Assembly: GCF_006345805.1 (NCBI RefSeq)
Contig: NC_043004.1
Location: forward strand, 58,528,001-58,592,000
Source: Octopus sinensis
Taxonomy: Eukaryota
DNA: 64,000 bases
Direction of reading: 5' to 3'
Under the pieces are notes generated by a model, which worked only from the letters and a program-made list of their open reading frames with translations, was not told where the DNA came from and did not search any database. Positions 1 to 12,490 of the stretch are shown here, piece by piece (within the stretch, counting starts at the first letter, position 1; the number at the start of each line of letters is the position of its first letter). The position numbers and the translations under genes were made by a program.

Positions 1-827
1 TCGCCTTCTTATATATATAATTCGTAACTTTCTTTTATATATTAATTTATGTTGATTGGCAGTTAATAGAAGTTTGCTTTGTATATTTGTATATATGACC
101 AGTAACTGATAATATTAACTGCATTCCTCTCAACTGAAATTTGTATAAAAGAACATTTAATGGGAGAAAATTTTCTTATTTATTTCCCTGGTCAGTGATT
201 AGCAATAACATTTAATTTATTGACATGTAGGAATTGTGTGCAATATATCATATCCTCTAATCATCAGTGAGTAGCACAATACTAAGTCAGCATTGAGGTT
301 TTAACAGATTGACAGAAAGAGCTAATTACTGAATGTTTTTGTTCTTGTATCTTTTAGTCAGGAAGGATAGCAGTCCTATGACCCATTACAGGGCCACTAA
401 GACTGATGGAAGGGTGGGAAGAAGGGGACTTTCCCTAAATGCATGTAACAAAATGGACTTAGTTAAAGGCCCCCAAGACAGCAGGTGGTTGTGGTGTTAA
501 ATCTGATGACATATTAAGTCTGCTACCCAAGTAGGTCTTAGTGCATTTTGAACTCAAAACATAAATATCTAGAATAAATACAGCTTGGCATTCAGTCCAT
601 TGTTCCTACAATCTCACCAATCTCACACTTTGCATTGATATTTTTTGATTGACTCTGAAAGGATGAAAGTCAAATTTGACCTCAGAAGGATTTGAACTCA
701 GAACACAGTGAATTCGAATAATTGCCACAAAGTATTCTTTCCACTGCACTGACTCTACTCGTTCACCACTTAAACAAGTCTGACTGTGGCTAGATGATGG
801 TGTAAATGTTTGAATGAATATAATATA

Positions 828-1060
828 TATTTCTTTACTACCCACAAGGGGCTAAACACAGAGGGGATAAACAAGGACAGACAAACGGATTAAGTCGATT
901 ACATCGACCCCAGTGCGTAACTGGTACTTAATTTATCGACCCCGAAAGGATGAAAGGCAAAGTCGACCTCGACGGAAATTGAACTCAGAACATAACGGCA
1001 GACGAAATACGGCTACGCATTTCGCCCGGCGTGCTAACGTTTCTGCCAGCTCGCCGCCTT
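828..1060 (-). mobile_element. tRNA-headed SINE family B (Nin/Deu-like central domain), tail type 1
   Basis: Minus strand reads aaggcggcgagctggcagaaacgttagc (A box)...gagttcaatttcc (B box)...ctttcatcctttcggggtcgataaattaagtaccag...aaagaaata; candidate TSD atgaata at 814-820 and 1061-1067. A decayed copy lies at ~640-745. Confidence 0.9.
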
Positions 1061-1509
1061 ATGAATAGCTGAAATATTCCAGCTGAAACTATTTATATGG
1101 ATTTCGTTTCTCATCATGACAATGATTATTGAAGACAATCAAAGTATGCTGAATAGCATATTTCAAAATCTCCAACTCAAGATTAAGGCTTGTTAAAGCT
1201 GATGTATTGAATAATTTATATATGTTTATCTATACCTCCTTTGCATGAAGAAAGCTTTATTACTTTTCTGTGATGTACACTGAAGAATCAGTCTCTGCTA
1301 ATTCCATTTGGCACGTGCTAGCATGGAAAAGTGGACAGTACAATGATGACAATGACAATGACAAAGCCGATGAAGATGCCGACAATGTCGATAATGAAAT
1401 TACAGTACATTAAGTAGATAATTGTTTCTTTGTTTCCAACGAAGGCTCAAGGTCTGATATTTTGTGAAGAGGGTGTCATTCAAGGAAATTGACTCCTAGT
1501 GCACACACA

Positions 1510-1524
1510 TACCCACACATGTAT

Positions 1525-1555
<31 letters not shown>

Positions 1556-1880
1556 TACATACATACATACATACATACATACATGCATACATACATACAT
1601 ACATACATGCATACATACATACATACATACATGCATACATACATACATACATACATGCATGCATACATACATACATACATACATACATGCATGCATGCAC
1701 GCACACATACATACATACATACATACATACATAAATACATACATACATACATACATACATACATACATACACACATACATACATGCATACATACATACAT
1801 ACATACATGCATGCATGCATGCATGCATGCATACATACATACATACATACATTCATACATACATACATACATACATACAT
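1510..1880. repeat. (CA)n/(CATA)n/(CATG)n microsatellite
   Basis: Directly visible; explains the MYVC/HTYI pseudo-ORFs. Confidence 0.98.
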
Positions 1881-1882
1881 GT

Positions 1883-2195
1883 ATCATCATCATCATCGTT
1901 TAATGTCTGTTCTCCATGCTTGCATGGGCTAGACGGTTCGCTGAATTCTGGAAAGCCAGTAGCTGCACCAGACTCCAAACTGATCTGGCAATATTTTTAC
2001 AGCTGGGTGCCCTTCCTAGCGCCAACAACTCTGAAAGTGTAGTGGGTACCTTTTACACTCCACTGGCACAGGAGCCAATCAGGTGGCCTTGGCATCGATC
2101 ACGTTTGGACAGTGCTTTTTACATACCACAGGGACAGGAGCCAATCAGAGGCACTGGCATTGACCACATTCGGATAGTGCTTTTTATGTGCCACT
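1883..2195 (-). mobile_element. (TGA)n-tailed retroposon, family D (RTE-type tail, ggaagggcatccagc domain)
   Basis: tcatcatcatcatcgtttaatgtctgttctccatgc...ctgggtgcccttcctagcgccaac is the reverse complement of the copy at 35040-35254; internal repeats of ggcacaggagccaatcag. Confidence 0.75.
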
Positions 2196-2252
2196 AGCAA
2201 GGGAATATATATATATATATATAATATATATAATATATATATACATATATGC

Positions 2253-2328
<76 letters not shown>

Positions 2329-2599
2329 TTCTTTCAGTTTTTATCTTCCAAATCACAAGGCTTTGGTCAACTAAGGGCAATATTAGAAGACACTTGGTCA
2401 AGGTTCCATGCAGTGAGACTGAACTCAATACAAGCTTGGGAAGCAAGTTTTTTAACCATACTGCTATGTCTGCATATATATATATATATATATTTGTGTG
2501 TGTGTGTGTTTGTGTGTATGTATGTATGTATGTATGTATGATCAAAAAGTATTGGGACTTGGGACTGGTGCTATAAAACAGAAACTACAGCACATATCA

Positions 2600-2960
2600 A
2601 TTCAGCATTTAATCTCCTTCAAAGTAGATCACCTTCTGATGCCACATACTTTATCCAGCATCATTTTCATTGATGGAAGCATTCCAGGAACTCATTTTGG
2701 GGATAGCGAGTAGCTGCCTTGTTGCATTCTCTTCCATTTCCTCAATGTCTTGTAATCCTCTTTTGTTTAAGTGGGATTTGATTTTTGCTTTGGTTTCATG
2801 TCATAGCCATAGACCCATGATTCATCACCTGTTATGACCATTTTCAGAATGGTTTCATTTTCCCCAATACAGTCAAGAAGATTCTGCACAGCAAAACCTA
2901 ATTTCTTTTTGAGAAGATCACACTCTACAGGCTTTAATTCCAAGAACTGTTACAAATAGT
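2600..2960 (-). pseudogene. Mariner (DD34D-type) transposase remnant, internally deleted
   Basis: Minus strand translates AVQNLLDCIGENETILKMVITGDESWVYGYDMKPKQK (first catalytic D motif), then GLQDIEEMEENATRQLLAIPK...ECFHQ*...ASEGD/YFEGD* (C-terminus), with stops and frameshifts. Confidence 0.85.
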
Positions 2961-3065
2961 GGAAGTGGGCATTATAACATTAGTGTGCATTTGTAGTCCC
3001 CTTGCAGTCCACACTGCTTGGATTACATTGGGGAAGAAGCTTTCAGCATCTAGGTAAAAAAAATA

Positions 3066-3234
3066 ACGCAGGAGTGGCTGTGTGGTAAGATCTTGCTTAC
3101 CAACCACATGGTTCCGGGTTCAGTCCCACTGGGTGGCATCTTGGGCAAGTGTCTTCTGCTATAGCCCCGGGCCGACCAATGCCTTGTGAGTGGATTTGGT
3201 TGACGGAAACTGAAAGAAACCTGTCGTATATATG

Positions 3235-3265
<31 letters not shown>

Positions 3266-3480
3266 CTGTCTGTGTTTGTCCCCAGAACATCGCTTGACAA
3301 CCGATGCTGGTGTGTTTACGTCCCCATAACTTAGCGGTTTCGGCAAAAGAGACCGATAGAATAAGTACTGGGCTTACAAAAAGAATAAGTCCCGGGGTCG
3401 AGTTGCTCGACTGAAGGCGGTGCTCCAGCATGGCCGCAGTCAAATGACTGAAACAAGTAAGAGTAAAAAGAGTAAAGAGT
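3066..3480 (+). mobile_element. tRNA-headed SINE family A with internal microsatellite and (GTAAAAGA)n tail
   Basis: ggagtggctgtgtggtaag (A box)...ggttcagtccc (B box)...ttgggcaagtgtcttctgctatagccccgggccgacc...(TA/TG)n...gactgaaacaagtaagagtaaaaagag. Confidence 0.92.
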
Positions 3481-3491
3481 AATAGTAGATA

Positions 3492-4048
3492 CTAGCACTA
3501 TGACCCGGTGTTGCCGGGTCTAGTGTTAGTCAAGCATATCTGGTCTTTCATGAAAATCCCGCTCTCTTGTCATTCACTTGGTCTAGCTCGTTAATTATTC
3601 CCTGCATTTCTCAAATCAAAAAAGTGTTCACGTTTGAAGGCCAAAACACATGATGTCACTTCTTCGCAAAACACAAAAATGCACTGAGTCATACAAACTG
3701 TCTGCAAATGCGCACGTGCATTCAACTGTCAAGGGTAAAACTATCTCCGTCCAATCAAAAAACAGCTGGCAGTCTATTGGCATATCTAGCTGTATGCACG
3801 CACCACATACAAATTCCTGTTCTGGCGATTTTGAATGGATATGCCCATAATTTATGAGCATAAGGGGTCAGTTTATTGATTTTTTTAATGGCTTTCTGGG
3901 GTGACTGGGGAAATGAAAAGATTTTCACAACCACCCTCAGACAGTTTTGAAAGCCCATAGAAAATTCAAGCCCTTTACATGAAAAACTGTGGATTTGTAT
4001 AAAGGGCACCCAGATACACAGACATTTTGCTTTTTATAGATATAGAGA
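3492..4048 (-). mobile_element. Non-autonomous Helitron, family H2
   Basis: Minus strand: A|TCtctatatctataaaaagc...gacccgg-caaca-ccgggtc hairpin-atagtgCTAG|T; 5' TC, 3' CTAG, A/T target, no TSD. Confidence 0.85.
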
Positions 4049-5627
4049 TGACATCTTCATTACTGCAATACTGGTTCCTGCCCAAGAATATTTTCATCTT
4101 TGGGAACAAATGCTTGTCAAATGGGACCAAATCAGAAGAACAGGGAAGATGATCAACCAGTTCAAGATTCTCCCATCCATTCCTAAATTCAGCTACCCAC
4201 TGTTGATAAAGCTGGAGTATCATCTCATAATGTAGGAGACATGTCAACACAATGGCAAATTCTGTCCATTTTCAAGAGAAGTCACTACTAGTTACTTTTG
4301 AAGTCTTCTTTGAACAGTCAAATGTCAGTTTATCTTCAAAGAAACAATGCAGTTATTATTAAAATGGGTTGAAATTAATGCATGCAAGATTTCACAGCTC
4401 TAGTATCTCTCCTTCATAATAAGCCTATGAACTTTTCATCCCACCCTCACGTATATATAAATGTGTGTGTGTGTGTATGTGTGTGTGTATGTATGTGTGT
4501 GTGTGTGTTATCTTTTAGCTTTGACTGATACTGAAAATGCAAATTAGGAAATATTTTAGAAACTTAGATTCAAAAGCTATTGTACAAATTTTTTCGTTTA
4601 AGCCTTTAAAAAAAATATGTTTGAGTATATGATTTTTGATTTTTTTGATTTTTCCAGTTTCAGCTAATGAGCTGTGGCCATGCTGGGGCACTGCCATTTA
4701 GAAATATTTTCAAAATTATCTGTTGGTAAAATATGTTTGAGGCAAGGGTGACTAAATGAGATTAACGGTACATAAAAACACAAGACGTCTAATGTAAAAA
4801 AGCAAATTCTTCTTTTTAAGAAGATATCATCGTCATTACGATTGTCATCATCATCATAAGCAACATAATTACTGTTACCATCATCATCATCATCATGTCA
4901 CTCATTGTTATCACCTTCATCATTACTGTCAATATTGTCTTCATCATCATCATCATCATTTCACATCTGCTTTCCATACTGGCACAGTTTGGACAAATTG
5001 TTTTTCCTAGACTTGTTGCAGGAACATATCTCACTTCAAGTTTCAATTTTTGGCTTGGTTAATGTTAACGAAGTTTGCTAAGTTTTCCGAATGTTATCCA
5101 TTTGTCTCATATTATTATCAACACTGATTAACATTACCAACACTTCCTCTTAATAAAATTAAATGTTCCCTAAAGCAGATTGAATTGATATCACATATTT
5201 AAGAATATTTTTTCATTTTTCTTCTATGGAACCTCAACATTTATGTTGGTGTTTCTCATACATATTAAAGCAAAAGTAACCAAGCATTTATACACGACGT
5301 TTTACTAGACTTGGTGTTATGTGAGCTTCAAATGAAGCCCTCATATGAATTTCGAATGTTATAGAAAGCCTATTAATTTATTGCTTTATACATATATATA
5401 ATGTCAGATATTACTCTTTGTAAGAAGTTTTTAAAATAAACAATTGTTAGAATGTAGAGTAAAGCACATTTAAAATTTTTTTTAACTCGTATGAATATAT
5501 TCAGTTATAGTAAAACATACATTTCTTGCATAATTATTTCTAGTCTCCTGTTATTTTGTAAATAGACAAAGTTGTCAAACTTAATATAATATAGTATAAT
5601 ATATTGTAATATAATATAATATTATAT

Positions 5628-5660
<33 letters not shown>

Positions 5661-5775
5661 TTATAATATTACATATATGTATAAATGTAAGATCCAGGGA
5701 GATTATATACATACATATATATATATATATACATGCATTTATGAAGTATAAATGTACGCCTATATATGTATGTTG

Positions 5776-5810
<35 letters not shown>

Positions 5811-6271
5811 TATATATATTTATAATTATTTGGATTTTTGCTATATGATTAGTAGTATGCCGATTAAAGCACTTTCACTGTTTAAGCTACCTGATACCAT
5901 CCACAGTTTTGATATAAGTGTCCCTGGATCTACCTCAGGAATTCTGAAGTTTTCGTTGAATTTATAATGAATGAGGGAAATAGAAAATAGAGTTCACAAA
6001 ATATTTTTATTTATCACAATGATCATTTTAACCTATCCTGCATTTATATAAGTATCTCTTACGGATACTTATATAAATGTTGCATACTCCAGTGTGGCAT
6101 CTTCCGGTGTATTCTGCTCCACAAAATGCAACACAACCAGCTGTCCAGTATCCCATCCACAAGGAAACAGGAAACCAATGCAGGATGGGTCAAAATAATC
6201 GTTGTGATGAATAAAGATTCTCATAAACTTTATTTTCTATTTTCCTCATTCACTATATATATATATATATG

Positions 6272-6313
<42 letters not shown>

Positions 6314-7379
6314 ATATACATATATATATAAACATATATATATAAACAATCACTCACATGCACACACACACACTCATTTACATACACACATATATACTCA
6401 AATATTTTTCTAACTTTTCTTTTAATAGAGCTTACTTTCTTAATTACCAATAAATAAAACCATCATATGCTGATTGTATATTTTCATCAAAAATATATTA
6501 CATACATTCAATATTTTTTCTTATTTTCTTTTGTCTGTAAAAAAAATTATTCACATAAATTTTCAACTCTTAGTGTAAGTGGCTGTTTGATTACAAACGA
6601 ACAGCTACCTAAAAGTACTGATAAAATAAGAACATGTAAAAGTAGAGGTTTTTAATGTGCAAAAAATTATGACAAACATTTGAATTATATTTATTCAAAA
6701 AATTGTTGACACTTTTAACATTGTAGTATGATTTATTTCTACCAAAAATCAATTGTTTTATATAGAGTTTTAGAAACAAGTGATGGAGTCCATTATATTA
6801 ATCCTCAGTATTGCTAGCTATAAACTTAGTGAAATCCTTATGATCCTCGTAACAAACCACTCTCAAGAAGCTATAACCAGCAACCATCTGCTCTGGAATA
6901 ATATATGATACAGATGACACCTCCATGGTATTTATGATGAAGAAATTTTTGGCTCTTACAGGAGGTTAATGAATGATACACAACAAATCAACAAGAAATT
7001 CAGAATCTGGCTTAACTTTTATTTTTAGCATGATTTTATTTCATTATTTTGTTGTATCTCAGGAAGTTCATTATGCTAATAAGAGACACATGCACTGGTT
7101 TAATTTCCCTTCTATATTATTGTTAAGAATTTAAAAAACTAATTGATTGTTTGATTAATCATTCAGTCAATCAATCAATCAATCAGTTGTGCCTCTTGAA
7201 GTCCTTTCGTCACCATTCATGGACCTCTTCAGTAACATGCCCTCTCTACTCTAGATCAGCTTCAGATCTGTTTCAATGTGTGTATTTATTATTGACATAA
7301 TGACTCTCATAAGATACAACAAAATCTGTCTCAATACAGCTAGAATCTTGCAAACTAAATAGAGAAAAGATACATATAT

Positions 7380-7819
7380 AGGCATAGGAGTGGCTGTGTG
7401 GTAAGTAGCTTGCTTACCAACCACATGGTTCCGGGTTCAGTCTCACTGCGTGGCATCTTGGGCAAGTGTCTTCTGCTATAGCCCCGGGCCGACCAATGCC
7501 TTGTGAGTGGATTTGGTTGACGGAAACTGAAAGAAGCCTGTCGTATATATGTATATATATACATATATATATATATGTATATATGTATGAGTGTATATGT
7601 TTGTGTGTCTGTGTTTGTTCCCCTAGCATTGCTTAACAACCGATGCTGGTGTGTTTACGTCCCCGTCACTTAGCGGTTCGGCAAAAGAGACCGATAGAAT
7701 AAGTACTGGGCTTACAAATAATAAGTCCTGGGGTCGATTTGCTCGACTAAAGGTGGTGCTCCAGCATGGCCGCAGTCAAATTACTGAAACAAGTAAAAGA
7801 GTAAAAGAGAGTAAAGAGT
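7380..7819 (+). mobile_element. SINE family A, full length
   Basis: Same head, body, internal (TA/TG)n and gtaaaaga tail as 3066-3480. Confidence 0.92.
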
Positions 7820-9269
7820 ATATTATTGCATCACAAATCAATGTAATTATAATTTCATTACAAATGAATATTAAATTTTCTCTGCATAAATTTGTAAATG
7901 TCATTTACAATTAAGGCATGAAGCCATCAGCTTTAGGTGGAGGGGGTTAGTTGATTACATCAGCCTAAGTATTTGACTGGTCCTTTATTTTATTGATGAA
8001 ATTCAAAATTGACCTTGGTAGGATTGTATTCAGTGTGAAAAGATGCTGGAAGGATTACTATAAAGCATTTTTTCCCTATGTTTTTGTGGTTCTGCCAATT
8101 CACTGCCCTAAAACCTTTCAACATGAACACCAATTTTAATCTATAAATTCATTTTAGTTTCTTCTTTTTATTTCTGTTATTACTGTATTGCATATCAATC
8201 AATTCTTGGGCAGATCCTGCAGTATATCAGTTTCTTTTTTCTATTTTTTCTAAGAAGTGAGTGTGCTACTCCCTTGCTCAACCCTTTTGTTATGAGTACT
8301 CTAACCATTGACCCCCTCCACAGTACAGCATAACTAAAGTTAAGAAAGTGAAAAGGAAAGAATGAAAGAGAGAGAGAGAGAGAGAGAGAGAAAGTGGGAA
8401 AAAAAACAGAGAAAAACATAAATGAGTCCAGCACTTGACTGCAATTTTATTTATTGTTCTCAGAAATATGAAAGACAAAACTGACTTCAGAATTTGAAAC
8501 CCAGGCACTGAGATCTGCAACAAACACCACAAGGCACTTTATCTGGTGCTCTAATAATTGTGATAGTTCACTACTTATGAATTGGAAATTGGCAAACTTC
8601 TAAAGACTTCCACTTAAATCTCGTCTGTTTCAATTTCGCTGTTTTTTATTATTTAATGAAGTAAAGTATTGTCTCATATCTAATGACTCATACAGCTAAT
8701 TACTGAGCTTCTGTGATTGAGAAGTGATGAAACTCATAACATCCTCCCTGAACATGATGTCACTTTATCACAGGATTATTCATTTAAGTTTGGATGGATT
8801 GGAGCAATATGAAGTGTTTTACTCAAGAACACCATGCACCGCCTGATCCAGGAATTGAAATCATAATTGCAGGACCATGAGTTCAAAGCCCTAATCAATA
8901 GTCCATGCATCTTCACCCCATATTATTTAATGCATGAAGTTTTAATGAAATTATCTATTTGGCTATTGATTGTTGTTTATTTTTATAAAGAAACTTAATA
9001 TCACAATGTTACTTTAACATTTGATATTGGCAATGATTACCACAGCAGGTCTTCATCAGTCTTTAAACGCATTCAGATCCTTTCTTCAATTTTCTGATAA
9101 TAATCTCTTTCCTAATGTACCACATTTACTGGCATTTGTAATCATGAGCCTCCTGCCAGAACCTGAAGATATACAGACACTGCAGAGAATTCTCATTGCC
9201 TTCTGCCATATTCATAATGCAATCAATTATAATCTTCAAATGAAGGCCAGTGACCTAAGATTTTCTTTT

Positions 9270-9700
9270 ATTCTACCTGTTTTGGTCATTAGACCGCAGC
9301 CATGCTGAGGCACCACCTTCAAGAGGAATCGACCCCAGAACATATTTTTTAGACCCGGTGCTTATTTTATAGGTCTCTTTTGCTGAACTGCTAAGTTATG
9401 GGGATATAAACACACCAACAATTGTTGTCAAGCAATGGTTGGAGACAAACACAGACACAAAGACACACTCACACACGCATGCGGGGGGGGGGGGTTGTGT
9501 TTTTCCCTTACCACTGCTTCAGAACCAGTGTTAGTTTACGTCCCCATAACTTAGGAATTTGGCAAAAAAAGAAATCAATAGATTAAGTACCAGACTTAAA
9601 AATGGTAAGTACCTGGGGTAAATTTGTTTAACAAAACATCCTCAAGATGGTACCCCAGCATGGCTACAGTCCAGTGACTAAAACATATAACAAGGAAAAG
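9270..9700. mobile_element. Two decayed family-A 3' halves in opposite orientation (9270-9478 minus, ~9495-9700 plus) around a G run
   Basis: gcagccatgctgaggcacc...aaacacaccaac on one side and gtttacgtccccataacttagg...ccagcatggctacagtcc on the other. Confidence 0.6.
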
Positions 9701-9999
9701 TAACACAAAACAAAGATAACCATCTGAAACTTATTTCTTGTTATCTTGTTATCCATTCACTCCAGTAACTAACTTGCAATGGTTTCTGTTAAACAGCAAC
9801 TACACTAACGGCAACTATAATCTTACAATACTGACTAAGAAAGCTAAAAGTAGCAGAAAACAGGGCCTTTAAAGTAACACATAGTTGGGGAAACAAGTAT
9901 CTCAGTGTGTGAATGTGTATGCATGTGTGTATATGTGTATGTAAAGATTAAAGTAAAAATGAAAACTTGAAAAGACATTTAATTCAGATAGAGAATATA

Positions 10000-10410
10000 A
10001 GGTGCAGGAGTGGCTGTGTGGTAAGTAGCTTGCTTACCAGCCACATGGTTCCCGGTTCAGTCCACTGTGTGGCATCTTGGGCAAGTGTCTTCTGCTATAG
10101 CCTCGGGCCGACCAAAGCCTTGTGAGTGGATTTGGTAGATGGAAACTGAAAGAAGCCTGTCGTATATATGTATATATATATATGCATGTATGTGTGTGTG
10201 TTTGTGTGTCTGTGTTTGTTCCCCTAGCATTGCTTGACAACCAATGCTGGTGTGTTTACGTCCCCGTCACTTAGCGGTTCGGCAAAAGAGACCGATAGAA
10301 TAAGTACTGGGCTTACAAAGAATAAGTCCCGGGGTCGATTTGCTCGACTAAAGGCGGTGCTCCAGCATGGCCGCAGTCAAATGACTGAAACAAGTAAAAG
10401 AGTAAAAGAG
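10000..10410 (+). mobile_element. SINE family A, full length
   Basis: Same diagnostic head, body and tail. Confidence 0.92.
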
Positions 10411-10937
10411 TATTGGTGTCTTTTGTTTTTTGTTTTTGAGTGAGAATGAGTATACAGGGTCTCTTACATCTGTTTCTAGAATGATCAAGTGTGTTGATCT
10501 TCATATTGAGTAAGGATTCAATAGGCTGAGTATTCTGCCATCAAGGAGGGAGAAGTCAGAGGGATGTAAAAGCGAGGGAAAGTCTCCAGTTGAAGATATT
10601 AGTGTATTCCAGTTTGCCGAGAATGAGGGAAGGTTCAGAGTCAAAAAGGAGAGCTTTAGGTAGATCCATGATCAAATGAAAATTATGGTTATAGCTAATG
10701 TCTCATAGCAGCTTCAAACAAGAATGATCAATGACAGTACATACATGTTTTTCCGATGGCCAGATAACTGAAGAGATGGTGGTGTGGATTGCCACCTCAG
10801 CATCCGAAATTCAGAGTTTTATCTTGGCTACCAAATAATTGTCACATATTACATTTGCTGATAAATTCCTCTATTTACATATATATATTTCTTTTGTTAT
10901 CTTACCATTTTTACCAATATATATATATATATATACA

Positions 10938-11133
10938 TTATTTATAACTATAAATTAGGGTATCTGAGAGATTCCACCATGCTGAAATAGCAGTCAAAAC
11001 CCTGACCCTAAAGCCACCTTAAAAGTTCATATAGCGCTATATGAACATTTAATGTGGCTTTAGGGTCAGGGTTTTGACTGCAATTTCAGCATGGTGGAAT
11101 CTCTCAGATACCCTAATTTATAGTTTTAAATAA
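10938..11133. repeat. 196-bp loopless palindrome (98-bp arms, 4 mismatches)
   Basis: Centre atatagc|gctatat at 11035/11036; arms compared base by base. Confidence 0.97.
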
Positions 11134-11207
11134 TTATTACCTTTGTATGGTATTTATTCCCATGCTGGCCACTTGATAAGATCGATATTTAAATATCAAT
11201 ATTAAAT

Positions 11208-11249
<42 letters not shown>

Positions 11250-11374
11250 TATATAAAGATATATACATATATATGTATATATATACATAGATATATAAAG
11301 ATATATATATATATATTCTTTTACTCTTTTACCTGTTTCAGTCATGTGACTGTGGCCATGCTGGAGCACTGCCT

Positions 11375-11416
<42 letters not shown>

Positions 11417-12049
11417 TATATATATGTGCTAATATATGTATGCATGCTTGTGCATGTATATTTGTATGGAAATGCATTCATGTTTGTGTGTATATATATG
11501 TGTGCACACCTTACATGAATATACATATAGTATACTCATGTGTGTTAATGTGTAAATGTACATTTGTATGTATGCATATACATATATATATACACGATTG
11601 TGTTCATGTATATGTATTTAGATAATCATATATACAATGTATGCTTGCATTTGCATACATACATACATACAAAGTTTAAAGGAAAGTCACATCGTTTCTT
11701 TTACTTGTTTGAGTCTGGAAAAGGGGCGGTGCCCATGATCTTTGCAGGCTCTTCAAGACTGGAAGTCGTTGCTGCTATTGTTTAGCCCCAATCAAAAAGA
11801 TCTACAACAAGATGTGTTCCAGCCATGGCCATCCAATATTCTTGGTATATCAGGATTTATGAAACTGATAGAGTACTATCTTCAGGAGATTTAGCAGTTG
11901 TTTCTAGCAATCCAGCAACCACATAGACGTCTCTTGTTAGTCTGTGCACATAGGTGTTGTGCATTTTGTTGACCATATTGATTTTTCAAAAAGCTAATAA
12001 CCTCCAATCAGGGCTGTTTTTATAGAATTATAAACCCCTGGGCAGAGCA

Positions 12050-12490
12050 ATGCTTGGGGATTGTAGATTAGTATACATAAATTGTGGAGAGAACCTGTGG
12101 AAGGGTAGACCCAGGAAGACATGGGATAAAGTGATGAGAAAGGATCTTCAGATGCTGGGCGTCACTGAGAAAATGACAAGGGACAGGGAGACGTAGCAGT
12201 TTGCTGTACTTAAGGATGAGTCAAGCTAAGTAAAACCATAGTTATCTTACATACAGGCATGTCCTTTACGGGTGCCAGTACCACATAAAATGCACTTGCG
12301 GTGGTGTTGCACAAATGCACACATTCCAGTAGCATGTAAAAAGCACTCAGCACACTCTGTAAAGCAGCTGGCATTAAGAAGGGCATCCAATTGTAGAAAC
12401 CATGCCACAACCAACAACTGGAGTCTAGACAGCTCCTCAGCTGGTCAGCATGGAAAACGGATGTGAAACTGTGATGCTGCTGATGAGATT
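12050..12490 (+). mobile_element. RTE-like LINE 3' end with 3' UTR carrying the family-D domain and (TGA)n tail
   Basis: VERTCG/RGRPRKTWDKVMRKDLQMLGVTEKMTRDRET-like reading (frameshifted), then aagcactcagcacactc...aagaagggcatccaattgtagaaac...agcatggaaaacggatgtg...tgatgctgctgatga. Confidence 0.7.

Larger units (their letters stand above)
2985..4451 (-). mobile_element. Internally deleted mariner element interrupted by a SINE and a Helitron
   Basis: TIR-like end gcctatgaacttttcatcccaccctcacg|ta at ~4423-4453; ORF 3975-4250 has WVAEFRNG and LVDHLPCSSDLVPFDKHLFPKMKIFLGRNQYCSNEDVI (HPPYSPDLAPSD-like); resumes below 3060 as DAESFFPNVIQA...LQGDY. Confidence 0.8.

Noticed and set aside
357-500. Possible small exon after tcttttag (RKDSSPMTHYRATKTDGRVGRRG...)
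   Set aside because: No convincing donor, no recognisable similarity to a Kv2 proximal C-terminus, no other support.
1476-2576. Overlapping ORFs such as MYVCMYVC, HTYIHTYI and YIYIYI (also at 6.1-6.4, 11.2-11.8, 15.6-16.0, 23.1-24.6, 29.7, 40.8-41.6, 44.9-45.2, 55.3 and 62.8-63.1 kb)
   Set aside because: Translations of stop-free microsatellites, not genes.
3050-3443. Recurring ORFs with [30 protein letters not shown] or [17 protein letters not shown]
   Set aside because: Antisense readings of SINE family A; they recur because the SINE does.
6090-6215. GC-richer island with acceptor-like actccag and two short open frames
   Set aside because: Both frames stop within ~40 codons, with no good donor or known motif; cannot be told from an old repeat.
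9021-9308. 95-aa ORF with LFPNVPHLLAFVIMSLLP, faintly like a hAT dimerisation domain
   Set aside because: Lacks the following ERxFS motif and TIRs; the 3' part runs into a SINE.
10994-11075. ccctaa/ttaggg words suggesting interstitial telomeric repeat
   Set aside because: Isolated hexamers within the palindrome arms, not a tandem array.
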